Of a stretch of DNA of 64,000 bases, positions 40,505-54,693 are shown piece by piece. The stretch lies in assembly GCF_036321535.1 (NCBI RefSeq), contig NC_087436.1, positions 99,884,001 through 99,948,000 of the forward strand, written 5' to 3'. The DNA comes from Camelus dromedarius. Lineage: Eukaryota. Made by a program: the position numbers and the translations under genes. Within the stretch, counting starts at the first letter, position 1. Every line of letters begins with the position of its first letter. The notes under the pieces were generated by a model that was given only the letters and a program-made list of their open reading frames with translations, made no database searches and had not been told where the DNA came from.

Positions 40505-40730
40505 TGGAGTGGTGGTCAAGTACAAGGAGTCTGATACTTAAACCTGTTTTACCTCATAGTGGCTGTGTGAACCTGCACAAGTTACTCAACCTTTCTGTTT
40601 TCTTTATATGCAAAATAGAGAAAATAAGTTCTTACCTGAGGAGTTGTTTGGAAGATTTAATTAATTAATATCTCTTTAAAAAATACTCAGAACAGTGCCT
40701 GGCACTTAATACATGCTAGCTATAATTATT
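40505..40730 (+). mobile_element. MIR SINE
   Basis: GGCTGTGTGAACCTGCACAAGTTACTCAACCTTTCTG...AGAACAGTGCCTGGCAC. Confidence 0.85.
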
Positions 40731-41527
40731 TCTGGTGATAAGGAAGCATAATTCTATGAACTGTCTCTGATAATTTCCATTCATTAGAGGTCTTGAATTG
40801 AGAAATAAAATAAACATTTAAATGAGGTCTTTTTCATAAAGAGTCTTTTTTTCAAGCTGGACTTGATTTTAGCATAGCTCAGAGTAAACCTACCTTGTAA
40901 ATATAAGTATATTATATTTATTTTGCATAATGGTTCTAAAGATATGCATGCTAAATTAAGCTCTTACATTATAAAAACAACAATCTTTACCATAAATATT
41001 CTCACTGCCCACTGTATCATAAAGGTAAGATATTCTGCCTTCATAACTCTTCTGAAATATGAGACCAAGGAATAACCATTTAAAGTGAAAGTATAAACCT
41101 GGTGTTTCTGCTTGATGCCAAACTTACTACAAAATGTTTCTAAAGAAAAGGATTAAGGGCCACTCCTTAGAGGCTGTTTATTCTTTATATAAAATTGCAT
41201 GATTGGCTACAGATAATTTGTACTGTATCAATTCTGTATGTAATACAAGTTTTATGCCGTGAAAGTGCAATGTTTCAGAAATGAAATACATACGTGTATC
41301 AGGCTTTCATTGACCTTGACTTCATTTTTTTTTTCTGGAAGAAAATAATCACCCGCATGTTTCCAAGAAGAGTTAATACAATGAGGCAGAAGCAGTACTA
41401 TCCAGGAGGAATTAGATTCCAGATTATATTAATCACTGTCTACATCCTCTCAACTTTGTGACACAGAAATCAAGGACAAAAAATTAAGGCCAAGGATTGA
41501 AACAGCATTGTGCCAAAGTGAATACAT

Positions 41528-41735
41528 ACGTTTTCTGAAAACTGTTGTTATAATTCCTTTTAAATCAAACTATGATTTAAATATATTTTAACTATAGTAC
41601 AATTAGCTCTTTATAAAAAAAAAAAGAGTTATGCTTTCTGAAAACTGTTGTTATAATTCCTTTTAAATCAAACTATGATTTAAATATATTTTAACTATAG
41701 TACAATTAGCTCTTTATAAAAAAAAAAAAAGAGTT
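41528..41735. repeat. Head-to-tail tandem duplication, 2 x ~103-105 bp
   Basis: 41532-41630 equals 41635-41735 except for A11 versus A13. The 4 nt preceding each copy are ACGT versus ATGC. Confidence 0.97.
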
Positions 41736-44700
41736 TAGGGAAAAAAATTAGGCTACATAGCCATTATTAGCAATTAAATTCCAGAACTAGCTGGCTTTTT
41801 CAAGGGTATTCTTCTGAAACAAGTATATTTTCTGAACAAATAAATAAATTTAAATACAGCTTTCTGTTTTGGTTTGATTCTGCCAATAGCACAAGGGTGT
41901 TTGTTATTATGTAATATAGTTTAATGGAAAACTTTAGGAAGCAGCATTATTATAGTCAGCATGAATGCTCATTTTGTGAATTAGAGATTTTATCAATTTA
42001 ATATTTGTTGTCTTATGTGAAAATTACAGAATGATTTTCAATGTTAACATGTAAGAAAACCCTTGACTTTTATAAAAATAACCTTTTGACAATTTCTGAA
42101 ATGCTCTTCCTCAAACTATTAATATTACTTTTCTAGGAGAACACATTTGGCAGTTAGTGGATGTGAATTTAGAAACATACTGAGCACATCTCTGTAGCAG
42201 ACTTCACCCAAATTGGGATTTCAGGTGCTAATAACAAATATTTCATTTAAGTATTAAAAGAACCCAAGTGATCATTGATTTTAGTATGAAACAAAATAGA
42301 AATATCAACTATTAATTGCAATATTATATAGAAATAATTATGTTTTTATTTTTCTATGTCATATTCAATGTAGGTTCTATTTATTACTTTCCCTTATAGT
42401 AAAAACTATAAAAAAATTTGTTGACTAAATTTCTTTTTCCTCAATACAAAAGGAGGTGTCGTTAATGAATAAATATAAATTTATTTCCAATATAGTACCA
42501 TTTCTACTACATTAACCCTGATTTCATTTCAGTTTTTAATTCTCTCTTTCTGTGTCATCCATTCTTTCACTCTCTTTCCTTTGCAGTTTGTCATCAGGAG
42601 ATTGGCATTTTTCTTTGTTCATTATTTTCAAAATAAAACGACAACTTTGACTTTCAAACTTCAATGACATAGGTTTAGGAACTTAATACTATATTCTGTG
42701 TAAATGAAAATAAAATATGATTCTAACAAAATTGTAACAACAATAGAAAATGTATTTCTGAAAAAAATTAATCATTAACCCCACTTTATGTCTTTTCTTC
42801 TTCCTAAAAGGAAAACAGGAATATAAGACTTTAGTTACAAAAGCACAGGTTACTAGGTTTCAGTTAGTGCCTGGAGAAATTGTCACTGTCTATTCTGAGG
42901 AAGAAACTTATAGAGGCTGAGCATTTTTTAAAAACATTTTTAAAAGCTGTGATTTTTTTCTTGGATTAGAAATGCAGGAATTGTCACACATTTTTACACA
43001 GAGACACAAACACATAAGCACTGTTCTAAAATAGTGCATTTTAAATGTAATAATTAACTTGATTATTTTATTTTGTACAACTGGGAATATGGAGAAAAAA
43101 GATTTTAAAACCTAATGTGAATTCTTTATGTATAACTTACAAGATTGTTACCCAGGTGACGGTGTCATCTATACTTGGTAAAGCAATTTAGATTCACTGT
43201 AATTTTACAGCAATGTCAATTTATTTGTTTGATATTCAAATGCAATGCTATGTTCAGCGTGAAATACTATTTTTATATTTTCCCATCAGCCATTTCTAGA
43301 TGTGACTTCATATTCTTGTACATAAGATTTAATTCTCCATTATTTGGTTTTAGATGAATTATTCATGTAATCCTAAAATTCTACTCACAAAAGTATAACC
43401 ATATATGCATAAAAGTATATATTTATTTATAGTTGTATATATTATATATTTTATATATTTATAAAATATGAAAAAGATAAATAAAAGTCATTCATTTTCT
43501 TTGACATATGAAATATAACCAACAATATCATCAACAATAAAATGATTTTCAGTATATACAAATCCTGAAAGCAATAACCTCTTTTTGCCCTCTTCACTGC
43601 CTTTACAAGTCGGGAACATCTGGGGATTCAACTGAAGAGCTAAAAAAGCTTTGAAAACTCTGTTCTTACTAACACCTGATTTCTGACCTTGAGGTTCTCA
43701 ACTGTTCCCCTTTATATGAATCTAGACTATATTCCTAATATAATACTATCTTAGAAATATTCTAATAAAATAATATTAAAAAATTAGCCTCTTAAAAATT
43801 AAATATGTTTTGGGCATATCTGCTAACACTGAAATAATGGAAGTCATCAAAATAATGGGTTACAAAAGTTATTTTTTTAGTTAATTCCTGGCAATAAAGC
43901 ATCATATATTTGTAAGTTACTCTCAGGTAAGAAGTTTACATAAGAATGAATGTATTCAAAGAAGAAATTCTTAAGAGAAAAATAGGAATTTGGTATTTTT
44001 CAAAAGCCTCACTACCTAAATGTTTAATCATTATTTTTGATGGTATTTTTGTAGACAAATGGCCAAGCTGCCAAAATAAAAAGCTAAATCAAATATGCAA
44101 TGATGTGAACAATTAAGTGTCAATTATGCTTTTGCAGATTAACTAAATCAGTTTTTATAACTTGTAACTTTAGGGAAAAGTTCAAAAATAGTTTACCAAT
44201 AAGTTCACTTCATTTCCAAATGGAATCCCACATCTTCTCTATTGTGTTTACCTCAGTTTATCTAATTCACTGGTTTATATTTTTATTTATTTCCTTACAT
44301 TTGATCTTAATTCAGTAAGAGCAATCCCAATAGATTCTTCTCCTGAACTGTCTTCTTAGCTTGCATCGGTTTCCTTACATGATACTGCAGTCTAAAAGTT
44401 CCCTGAGGACAAGATTTCACTCTGAATCAACTTAGATATTTAAAGGTTAATTCTCAAATGAATGGATATTACAAAACTATTTAATAGGACTTACTCATAC
44501 AAAATATGTTCAACCCGAGGTTCTTTGCCTTTTACACCAGGCTGCTCTGACTAGTATGTACTAAAAGGCATCATTAATCGCCCAGTGGTTGCCTGGATAC
44601 GTGTTACACATGTCAAAAAAAAAAAAAAAAAAAGAGCACTTTTAGACACATTCTTTTTCTGTTCCTCTGCTTTTAGCTGCTTTATTTAAAACTGCTTAAA

Positions 44701-47213
44701 TAAAAATGAGCCTTGCAAATATTGATTTGAGTACATGAAAAACCATATAGATTCAAGAGTGTCCGTGTATTCTTACAGATTCCCTTTTAAAGACAAAATA
44801 CTCAATTATTTATTCAATTTAATGATAATTTCAACTTGTGCTCTTATGAGATAGTTTCCATTCTCAAATTTCCATTTGTATGTTTTCTCTACATACATGA
44901 GCTTGTCTTCTTAAAAGAGACCAGGTATACCAAAATTAATTTAGAATATATATATAGCTACTTTAAAACTCTCTCTTGACATACAAACCCATATGACTCT
45001 CACATTCAATCCGATATTTCCTGAAGTCTTATGAGGAGATTGACCTCTGTCCTGATAAACTCTCTAAAATCTAGAACATTGTACTCCAAATGAAAAAATA
45101 TTGATAAAGTAATGAAAAGAAGCAAGTTTTAAGAAGTAACCTGCTGTTTGCTTTTGGACAACTTGAGGTACCTGCAAATTTTCTATTTGGAAATATCCAA
45201 CAGATTTTTAGAAAAAAAATTTAATGCTTCTGTTTAGTGAATGCTTTCTGGTGGGTATTACTGTACAATAAAAAAGATTCTCAGACTTTGTTTCCATTGC
45301 AGTATGTCTATTGCATACCTCTCCCTCATGTTACCTCAGTTTTGCTCTTTCCAGGCTCTTGTATAATAAGTCAGGCGTTTTCCCTCTGCCCACAGGGCCC
45401 AGTAAGTGATCAAGACCTATACCCAAGTTTGCCTGGTCTTTCAGGCTTATTGTTAAATGGGACTGTAGTACAGGAGATACATTTTCAGCCTGTACCTGCA
45501 TACTTCTCTCACCCTTTCATGAAACAAACTTGGCATTTGTCTGTCTCTGTCAGCTGGTTACAGGGAGTGCTTTATAAAGCCATAAGTGAGCTGAAAAGAA
45601 GTCAAGAGAGTCTGAACATACTGTTCCTGCAGCCTACTTGCACCTTCTGAATCTGCTCAAGCCAATCGTATATGTACCATGTCCAGATTATAATGGATTG
45701 CTGCTAATGTCACCAAATGTGTGATTTAATAAATCTTACATTCTCAGACTCAATATTGGCAGTTTTAGCTGTATGAGATCTAAGTCCTTTGCCTGCTCAT
45801 TGGTTCTGTCTGTTCTCCAGGTCCAGGAAACAAATACTGCCAAGGAGACTCTCCCACACTTTCCTTTATATTTCTGATTAATCAGTCTGAGCCTGCCATT
45901 TCCCTCAAATTTGTTTATTAATTATGTTTAGCAACAACCACTTGATTTCCATAATCCTTATAGTTACTACGTTCTCCGTATTACTCAAAAGCCAGAAACA
46001 TTGTACCAGCTATTACATCTCCATCCCAGGCCACCACAGATGAAAGTTTTGGCAGTCATGGTAATAAAGCATTCCAGGAAATAGCAAAATTTCACCTACC
46101 ATTAGTCTACATGAAAACAGACCATAGGAACAGCATTGACTTCAACAATTTGGCAAGTTTAAATCTTGCTAAGTAAGGTACAGACTCTGCTTTTAATTAA
46201 GTAATAACATGAATTTCTGCTTTGTGCTTGTTTTTAAGCTCTCAGAGAACTGGGAGAACACATACATTCACCTGTTACTTGGGGCTGGTGATTTCATTTG
46301 GACATCTGTGTTTTGATGTTCAGATTTAACTTTTTCATTGGTTATCAAGAAGGAATTTGAACATAAAACCTCCTTTTACATTATCATTGTAAACTAATAT
46401 AAGTTTAATTTACTACGTGTATACAAAGGAAAAAGAAAATTGGAAGTCCAGGGCAAAATTCTAACTGTAGTTTATTGGTTTATGGGAGTAAAATATTTCC
46501 AGAAATAATTGAACAGTTCATATGATTTCTGTCCTCAAACCTTTCTTTATATAACAGTACCTTTTCCATGGTAGTAAAAACCACAGAGTTAATATTTTGA
46601 ATGTATTGTTTTTTTCACCAACCTGACATAACAGTTCATTTCTCATAAAAATAAATTCATGAAAAATAAAACACTTATTATTAAAATAAGGATTTTACGT
46701 CTGAGGGATGTCTTCTTGCTGGTAGTTCAACATCCAAGCAACGTCACCATAGTGATGTACTATCCTGATAAATCATTTCAGAGATACCATTGTGGTGATA
46801 TATTATGACTCACATATACATCATCATGGTCATCATGATGCTTTATTAGTATCATAAATCACCAGAATGATGGGGCTTTGATGATGTAGAAATTCTCAGT
46901 AAAAGAGTGATGACAAAAGTTGTATCTCTTAGAGAAATGCCTCTGTAACTTTATTCCTAAAAAGTTTATAAACATGCCATCTTCCTTGTGTACACTGTCT
47001 CAAAAATAAGCTTTCAAAAACAGAAGCAATATGTGATTCTTCTGAGGCACAAAGCTGAATTTTGCAATGCAGCATGCAAGGGGTCGTCTTAGTGTATTCT
47101 CCACATTGAGTAATCTGAACTTTCTCCATTTATTCCAAATTAAAGCATTCTCCTGATCTTTCGACCGACAACAGACTTGCTTGTCTCCTTGTATCAATAA
47201 ACTGAAAGAAATC

Positions 47214-47545
47214 TGTCACAGGTTATGTTATTGTAAAGAAGAAAACGAAAATGCAGTGGCTCAAATGATACAGAAATTTATTTCTTCGTTGTAGTGTAGA
47301 AAGAACTCAGAATTCCAGGACAAGTAAGTGGTTCTACTATATAAGATAATCTTGCACCCAGATTATATCTAATGTGCCCTGTTAACCTCTAGGGGATGTT
47401 TGTCATTTACATGATTAAAACTGTCTCACCACCAAGATGACACTTTGCAGCCCCTGAGAAGGGGAAAAGACAGCATACAGAGCGAGGAGATTCCTTTGAA
47501 AAAAGTGATACAGGATTTCACATCATTGGGGAATAGCCTACAAGA
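47214..47545 (-). mobile_element. MLT1 (J/K/L-type) MaLR LTR, decayed
   Basis: AAAATGCAGTGGCTCAAATGATACAGAAATTTATTTCTT, an antisense MLT1 U5/polyA-like motif. Confidence 0.65.
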
Positions 47546-47949
47546 AGTGATATAAATATATCGAACATAATAATTTTCCTACAAATGTTATGTATTTCAG
47601 TTATTTACATTATATAATTCATGTATCATATTCTTCAGGTAAATATCAGTTCATTAAGTAAATGTATGCACGCTTAGAATAATGTTTAAAAGTGTTACCA
47701 GAATCCAAGATACACATATATTACCAAGTTAGCAAATATCATGTAAAGTCATTCAGTACTACCTCATTATATTAATCATTACATGACATACTGTACAAAT
47801 GAAATACCATATATGACCGTAATTAAATAAAAAATTCACTAGAGCAACGATATTGCACTAACCATTGATGGCAGTGTAATTCCTCCCTTCTTCCCTTCTG
47901 TGATAGTGCCTTTATATAACTCTATTATTATATTTAATCCATAGTCTTA

Positions 47950-48080
47950 TAAATGTTTACCCTATCTCCTACAAGAGCATAATGTAATCTTTCAAGTAGG
48001 CATTTTTTCTTGAATGTTGCTATGACTTGCTCACAGTCCAGTGCCTGGCATAGGACAGAATGTCAATATTTGTTTCAAAG
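47950..48080 (+). mobile_element. LINE-2 3' end
   Basis: CAGTGCCTGGCATAGGACAGAATGTCAATATTTGTT. Confidence 0.6.
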
Positions 48081-51000
48081 GACATAGTTTTCAGAGTGTT
48101 GTCAGTATTGACATTTAAAAACAAAACAATTAAACCATTCTTTTACTACAGTGATTTGACATACAACATTATCCACTTAAAATATATGCAAACACTCTTC
48201 TTTAACAGTAGACAGTTTTGTATAATTCCTTATCTTTTTTGAGCATATATTTCCTTTTTACATATGCCATGGAATTTTTGTCTAGTTCAATATATTTCTG
48301 TGTAAGAAGACTTTTATTAATGAGTTACAGTTTTACAATGAAAATAGGCATGTATGTTGATATTTTCAACAATCTTATCATTATAAATAAATGAAATAAA
48401 GCTATAAATAGTAAAAACAAAAATCATTTATATTAAATTATTGATATTATAAACCATATAATGAACACAAAGTATACTACTGATAATAATTAGGCAATAA
48501 GTACAATTTATTGGAATAATCTTTTAATGAGATTAGTGAGGCAGTTTTTTAAAGTCCACAGTTTATTACTATTTTGTTAAAATGAGATGGGGATTTGTAA
48601 TCAATTCTACTACTGAATTTCATTTTAATAAGGAGGTTGGGCTTGTTGGAAAAAAAAAGTTGCTGGATTCCTTAAACTCCTCCCAAGTTATAATTCAGAC
48701 AAAAATAGTGATATATTAAAAATGGCATAAAAACTGAAATCTCTATTAGTTTTTCCTTCTTTATTAAATATAGATAATTAAAAATCAATTTATCTACAAA
48801 AGGATTTGCATCTGCTCAGTAGAATTATGGACTTAGTTAATTTTAAATCATGAATTTCCTAGCAAGAATAATAATTATGCCTGTAATTTTTGTTTCAGTC
48901 CATGGGAACATATTTGCCCAATTTGATCATAAAAGTTGTGGATATACTTTTTAAAAGTTAATTTCCATACGTCTGTGTCAAGACTATATTTTTAGAGAAA
49001 ATATTTTTATATTCCTTGGATTTTACATATTTTTGTCAAAATATCATATGTATATTTTTATCTCATCCGCTTTATGGAGTAAATATGCCTACCATATTAC
49101 CACCTTAGCAAAAGCATGATCAATCTTATACCAGTTGGAAAAAATCAGATTTACTTTCTGTCAAACAAAAAGTTACTTCATTTGTGAAGTAGATGAAACT
49201 ATATGCGTGGCATAAAATATTATAAATATAATGAAAAATACATTCCAGATTATGTTTTATAAGCTGTATTACTAATAGCACTTATATCATGACAAACATG
49301 GTTCTAACACAATAATAAGTTTTAATAACATGAATAAATGCTGTTTCTTAATACTAAATTTTCAAAAAAAATATAGTAGCTGAAATTGTAAGATATTTAT
49401 GAAATAAGAATTAGGATACAAGACATGTTATTATTTCAGTAGGCATGAGTGTGTTGAAATCTGGTATTCTGCTTTAAAAATATTTAAAGATCACATATAA
49501 ATATTTACTTATAACTATTAATGTCATTAGAGATCATGATAAAATTCTTTCTGTGTAGTTAGTGGAAGATGAAGGTCTATATTATTTAAAATGAGTAGCT
49601 TTAGCAAGTAGTATTTGATTTTATACTTTTGTTATTAGAAGTTAAAATATATTAAACACATAGAAACAAAATATTATGAAAATAAATTGTAGTTAGAATA
49701 AACATTTCATGATTTGTGCAAAAAATTTGGAAATACCTTTGTAAATAATGAATATACTACATATAAAAGAAAGTGTATAAAGTCTTTAGCCTTGAATTGT
49801 ATCCAGTACAACACTAAAAAATATGATAGTTTTGAAACATTCAGTTACATTTAATTGAGTCAGTGCCACTAACAAATTTCTTTTGCTGTTTGAAGGTATT
49901 TTCTGTTTTAACAGTTATAACTGAGAAAAGATTAGCTACCTCATGCTTAAATTTGTGGAAAAATAGCTCTTGATTTTTTTTTAAATTAGTGCTTTCTTTT
50001 CTTTATTCTCACAACATTCTCTCATAAGGATATATAGTACTTGGAAATATTAATTAAATGGGTAGTTTATAATCTCCCATTGCCCATTTTCTGTACAAAA
50101 TCAAATTTAACAATGTATTGATGAGGCAAAATACCCCACTTTAATGCCATGCATATATAGAGAAGTCCCACAGTGGTCTACTGAGCCTTGTTTAACGATA
50201 AAAGAGTCCTCTTTGAAAAACAGTATTCCCTGTTGCACTTTTGTTTGATTCCCTGGAAGTTTTTATACATGGAGTAACATTCCATAATCAGACTGATGTT
50301 GTGAGAATGCCCTTGATTTATAAAGCGGGAGAAGTCCTTTTACAAAAGAGGAAGTAGAAAAGGAGTGTTAGCACATAGTACATATGGATGTAAGCTATGT
50401 ATGCTGTGATTTCTTTAAGACTATTAGCGCACTTTTAAATTTAGAAAATTTTGGTGTAGCCCTCAGTGCTATGCCTAGCTGTCTGAAGACCAGTGTACTA
50501 AGTAACACATTTTTAGCTTGATAGTGGTAGGGCTTGTTTGTTTGTTTTGTTTTTTAATTAATAATTCATTAACTATTTAATGACTTTACTTATATTGATT
50601 AGCTGATTAATTTAACCCAGTTCTATTTATTCTCACAAAGTAGAAAACAGTCTTGATCTTTATTTGAACCTAGGACAAGGTAAATTGATCCTGGCAAGAA
50701 AATGACTGAGGTAAACTAATAAAGAAGATGAAACAGTATCTGGCACAACTACTGATTAGTTTAGCTGCCTCCCATTTGACAATTCATCAAACCACTCTAG
50801 TTTCTCTTAAGTTCTATTAAGGCTCAGTGTCTTTCTCTATGTCTGATAAGGAAGGAATAAACAGAACAAAATGAGTATTAAATGCATCAAAAAGTGTTCT
50901 GGAAGAGTAATTTCCCCCAGTATCTGCAGTTTTTAAAATCTTTAAATGTCTTTACAAAATTAGTGAGTATTATAGTCACCTGAAGACACAATCTTAAAAC

Positions 51001-53324
51001 ACCCTTTTCTTTATTGAAATAAGGATCTTTTACATTCATTTTTAATCTTAGTTTATTTTTTGCACCATCCAGGGATAAGATTAAAGTATAGGAAATATAT
51101 CCTGAAGTCTGTATTTAATGACAATTATCATCAAAGTAAAAGATTCTATTAAGTCTTCTCTAAGTAGTATGTAGTCAAGGGGGGAAAAGAAGATATATTT
51201 TAAATAATCAGCAACTTTTGAAACAGCATGTGATGATGGCATAAAATAACTCCATAAAAATTGTTATCTGGTTAGATATGTGTATGTAGCTTTGGTCTGG
51301 CTTACATATTTTTGGTATGAAACATTTAGAATAGCACATGTCCTAAACAGTCTACAAAGCCAACTAATGTCTTGAAAACTTGTGCCAAAGGAGTTATATC
51401 TTAAAACAAAACAAAACAAAACAAAAAACCTTATTTGAAATGTGCATGTGGGTATCTCTCTAATGTAAAATATTTAGAAATCAAGATCTGATTAAACTAA
51501 AATTATCCCAATTTGGTTACTGAATTAGGATAGCTAAAATCCATCCACCATTTGGATTGACTTTGTACTCACTATAATTCTAATTTAAGAACAGGTTATT
51601 CATATTAGAACCACACTTTGGCCTAGCCTTATACAATATTCATAGACCTCACTCAAAGCTCTGGATACTACTGTTTATTTGTTGAATCTCTACTGCATCA
51701 CAGACGTTCATCTTTTTGACATCATGGTTTCAGATGTGCCTGTGCTTTTGAAATGTATACATTATAGTTCTATTTTAAAATGTCTTAACTACATGATGTG
51801 CTATGCTATTAATATGGTGATAAAAATGTACAGGTGGTCTGATATAATGAACTGGACAAGATTGTCAAACTCACATTTCGCACTAGAGAGATGTAGTAAT
51901 TTTTAAAGAATGGCCAACTGAATTTATACTGAATGATAACTACATTTTAAAATTTATTTCTGTACATTAGGAGTCAATATTATGGTGAGTATTTTGATCA
52001 CTGTATTATGTTGTAATACAAAATATTTTTCATCTTTCAGCCATTTTAAATTATAAACCCAGAGAAAAATAATTTGTAATCCAAATTGGTCTCTGAGTGA
52101 ATTGTTATGCAGTCTAAAAAAAAGAAATATATTACAATAGACATGTTCAAAATAGCTACATAATAGCAGGACCCTCAAATGTAAGTGATATCATTGTTTC
52201 TTTTCCATCAAAAAAGCAGGGTTATGTGAAATACTGGGATTTTACTTCCAATGCTAGTAGCGGAAGGTAGTTAACTACACTTTCGTTGTTAACTGCCTCC
52301 TGTTGACAGTATGACTGTTTCTCCTCTGCGGAATAACAGCACACATTTACTATCGCATCTTTTTTCCTTTAATGACACCACAGAAAGAAAGAAATTGACA
52401 TATTTGCTCAAGACCAACTATCATTATTTTAATCTATCAAAATTGATGGGAGAACTTCACTGCCAAAGTCACTGCTGGGTTTTCACAATCCATTGCAGAC
52501 AATCTGCTACCCCCATCATGATAAAAGAAGATTCATAATCAGAAAAGAAAGGTAGATTAATACCTGTAATCATCATTGAATTATTTAGCCTGCTATAGGA
52601 TCATTATTATTAGTGTCATTTGACAATTCTTTCTCATTTTACTAAACACGACTGTGAGTAATTTCTCTACCTAACATCTCTCCGTACTGGCTGACTAGCT
52701 AGCAAACACTCATGGAAATAGTCATTAGCCAAACACATAAAATGCTGTATTATGGTGCCACTGATTCAGTACATGCCACCACCCGATCCTAGTTCTTTGA
52801 GGATTTGAGAATCAATTAATTATATGTTTCTTAAATGCTCTCCAGTACAACTTGAAAATTTATTATACTCTTAAGAGTCCACAAGCATTATTATTTTTAC
52901 TATATCAAACCAGCAATTGCATTTTGATTTTCATAACACAGCTAGAAATATAAACACAAGAATTTTGGTCATTATTTTCTGTTAGTCTGTCCAAACTCTA
53001 AAATCCTGTTCTTTAGGTTCATATACATGGAAAATTTTGGATTAAACAATGAACTATAATGCACCTAGGTACCTGGCTGAGCATTTCTTTTATTGTTACA
53101 TTGCCTCACACAGATCCACGCTTTAATGAACTTAACATTTTTGTAGTTAATAAATGTTATTAATTCTGGGTAAAAATCAAATATAATTTTTTTTTCTTTT
53201 TTCTTTTGCTCCTCCCATTTGGAGCTTACTCATAGCCTTCTGATAATTAAAGGATCCCTTTGTGAGAATCTGGGCAGAAATGGTCCTATGAGCAGCTTCA
53301 GACTTTGACATAAGGTTATTGATC

Positions 53325-53750
53325 TCTTTTTTGGTTCAGTTTCCCCTAATAACAAAGCCTAGGACAGGGATTTGGGTAGAGATAATTTATTTAGACAACT
53401 ATCCAAGGCAGAGAACTATCCGAGTGAGAGAGTGGGGAGAGTGAGGCAAAGCAGCATATTCATCGTTAAGGTACACGGTTGATGTAATTGCTGTGGACAA
53501 TGAAGGCTTGTTTCCACTGGAATCTCCTGGGAACCTCTCAGACTTGTCCCAAGGAAGATCTGGAAGCTGGCACATTTACCAGTGGCTCGTATATCCCCTT
53601 CACTGAGAGCTATCTTTGGAGGATAGTAACTCCTCTGCAATTTTGTGCAGTGCTTAGGTTCAGCCAGAGCAAATCCATGTGGGCAAAGCCTGAGGGATTC
53701 TAAGATGAAAGACAAAAGATGTTAAGTCCACAACACTGTCCACCACTGTG
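53325..53750 (-). mobile_element. ERVL LTR (LTR16/LTR33-like)
   Basis: GTTTCCCCTAATAACAAAGCCTAGGACAGGGATTTGGGTAGAGATAATTTATTTAG...GAGTGGGGAGAGTGAGGCA...GCTGGCACATTTACCA. Confidence 0.7.
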
Positions 53751-54693
53751 ACTAAATTCACAAATTCAAACCAAATTAAAATTCAGTTCAAATTCAAACT
53801 GAATCTGAGGTTTGGATTTGACATCAGAAGTATTTATGGTGGAATCATTTGAAGTGAATCACTGTATTTTAAATTTTTGAAGATTTCAAGAAATGCAGCT
53901 TTAGTCATAAATCTATAAATATAACGATGAAACACATTTTATTCAAATATTTTATAGCAAATATGCAAACTATGCATCAATTGAATTAGTATTTAAATTT
54001 TAGAAAAATGTCAAACTGTGAGGATTCTTTACTAGCCTTTTGGAGCTAAAGAAAATTATTTGGTCACTTAACAAAGTGGAAGAAGTAGAACTCAAATTGA
54101 TACAGGAACCAAAGCAGAACTCAGGATGCATTAGGGGATTTGTTAAATGTTTTTAAAGATTTGCTAAATAATCACTGATGTTTGTGCAGGAATTTTAACT
54201 TTTTCTTTGTAACTATTAGATCTGATAACATAATCTCAGTGCAGGATGGGGGAAAAACAAAATATGAATTCACAAGGACACAGAGCATGAGAGAAAACAA
54301 TAATGGGTAAGAGGAATCAACACACTTGAGGAAAATGGGAATTGAACTATGCAGTGATTATTAAATTTTTAGACAGAGGAAGAACAGAATCTTAGCTTTT
54401 AAGAAGGATATAAACATAAGACAAATCATAATATGATACAGAATCCCACAAAAGCCAGAAGTTTGGAACAGAGGAGAGGGGACAGTTCATCAGGTAATCT
54501 GGGGTGGAGGGAGTCAGGAGATTACCTGATAAATTTCATGTGGTGCAAATTAAATGCACAGATTTCTCTTCCTTAACTTATGCAGGGGGTAGAGTATCCT
54601 TCCTCTTGTCCTTCAGGAGACCAAAGGTGTATTGTTTGAAGCTGAAAGCCTGAAAAGCTCAGGACTCAGGGCTCAATCACAATCAAGTGCAGG

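Noticed and set aside
43915..43935. Plus-strand CAG|GTAAGA recursive-site-like motif
   Set aside because: It lacks a proper polypyrimidine tract and has an upstream AG nearby.
45237..45650. 137-aa plus-strand ORF
   Set aside because: Non-ATG start, no recognisable homology and no convincing splice context.
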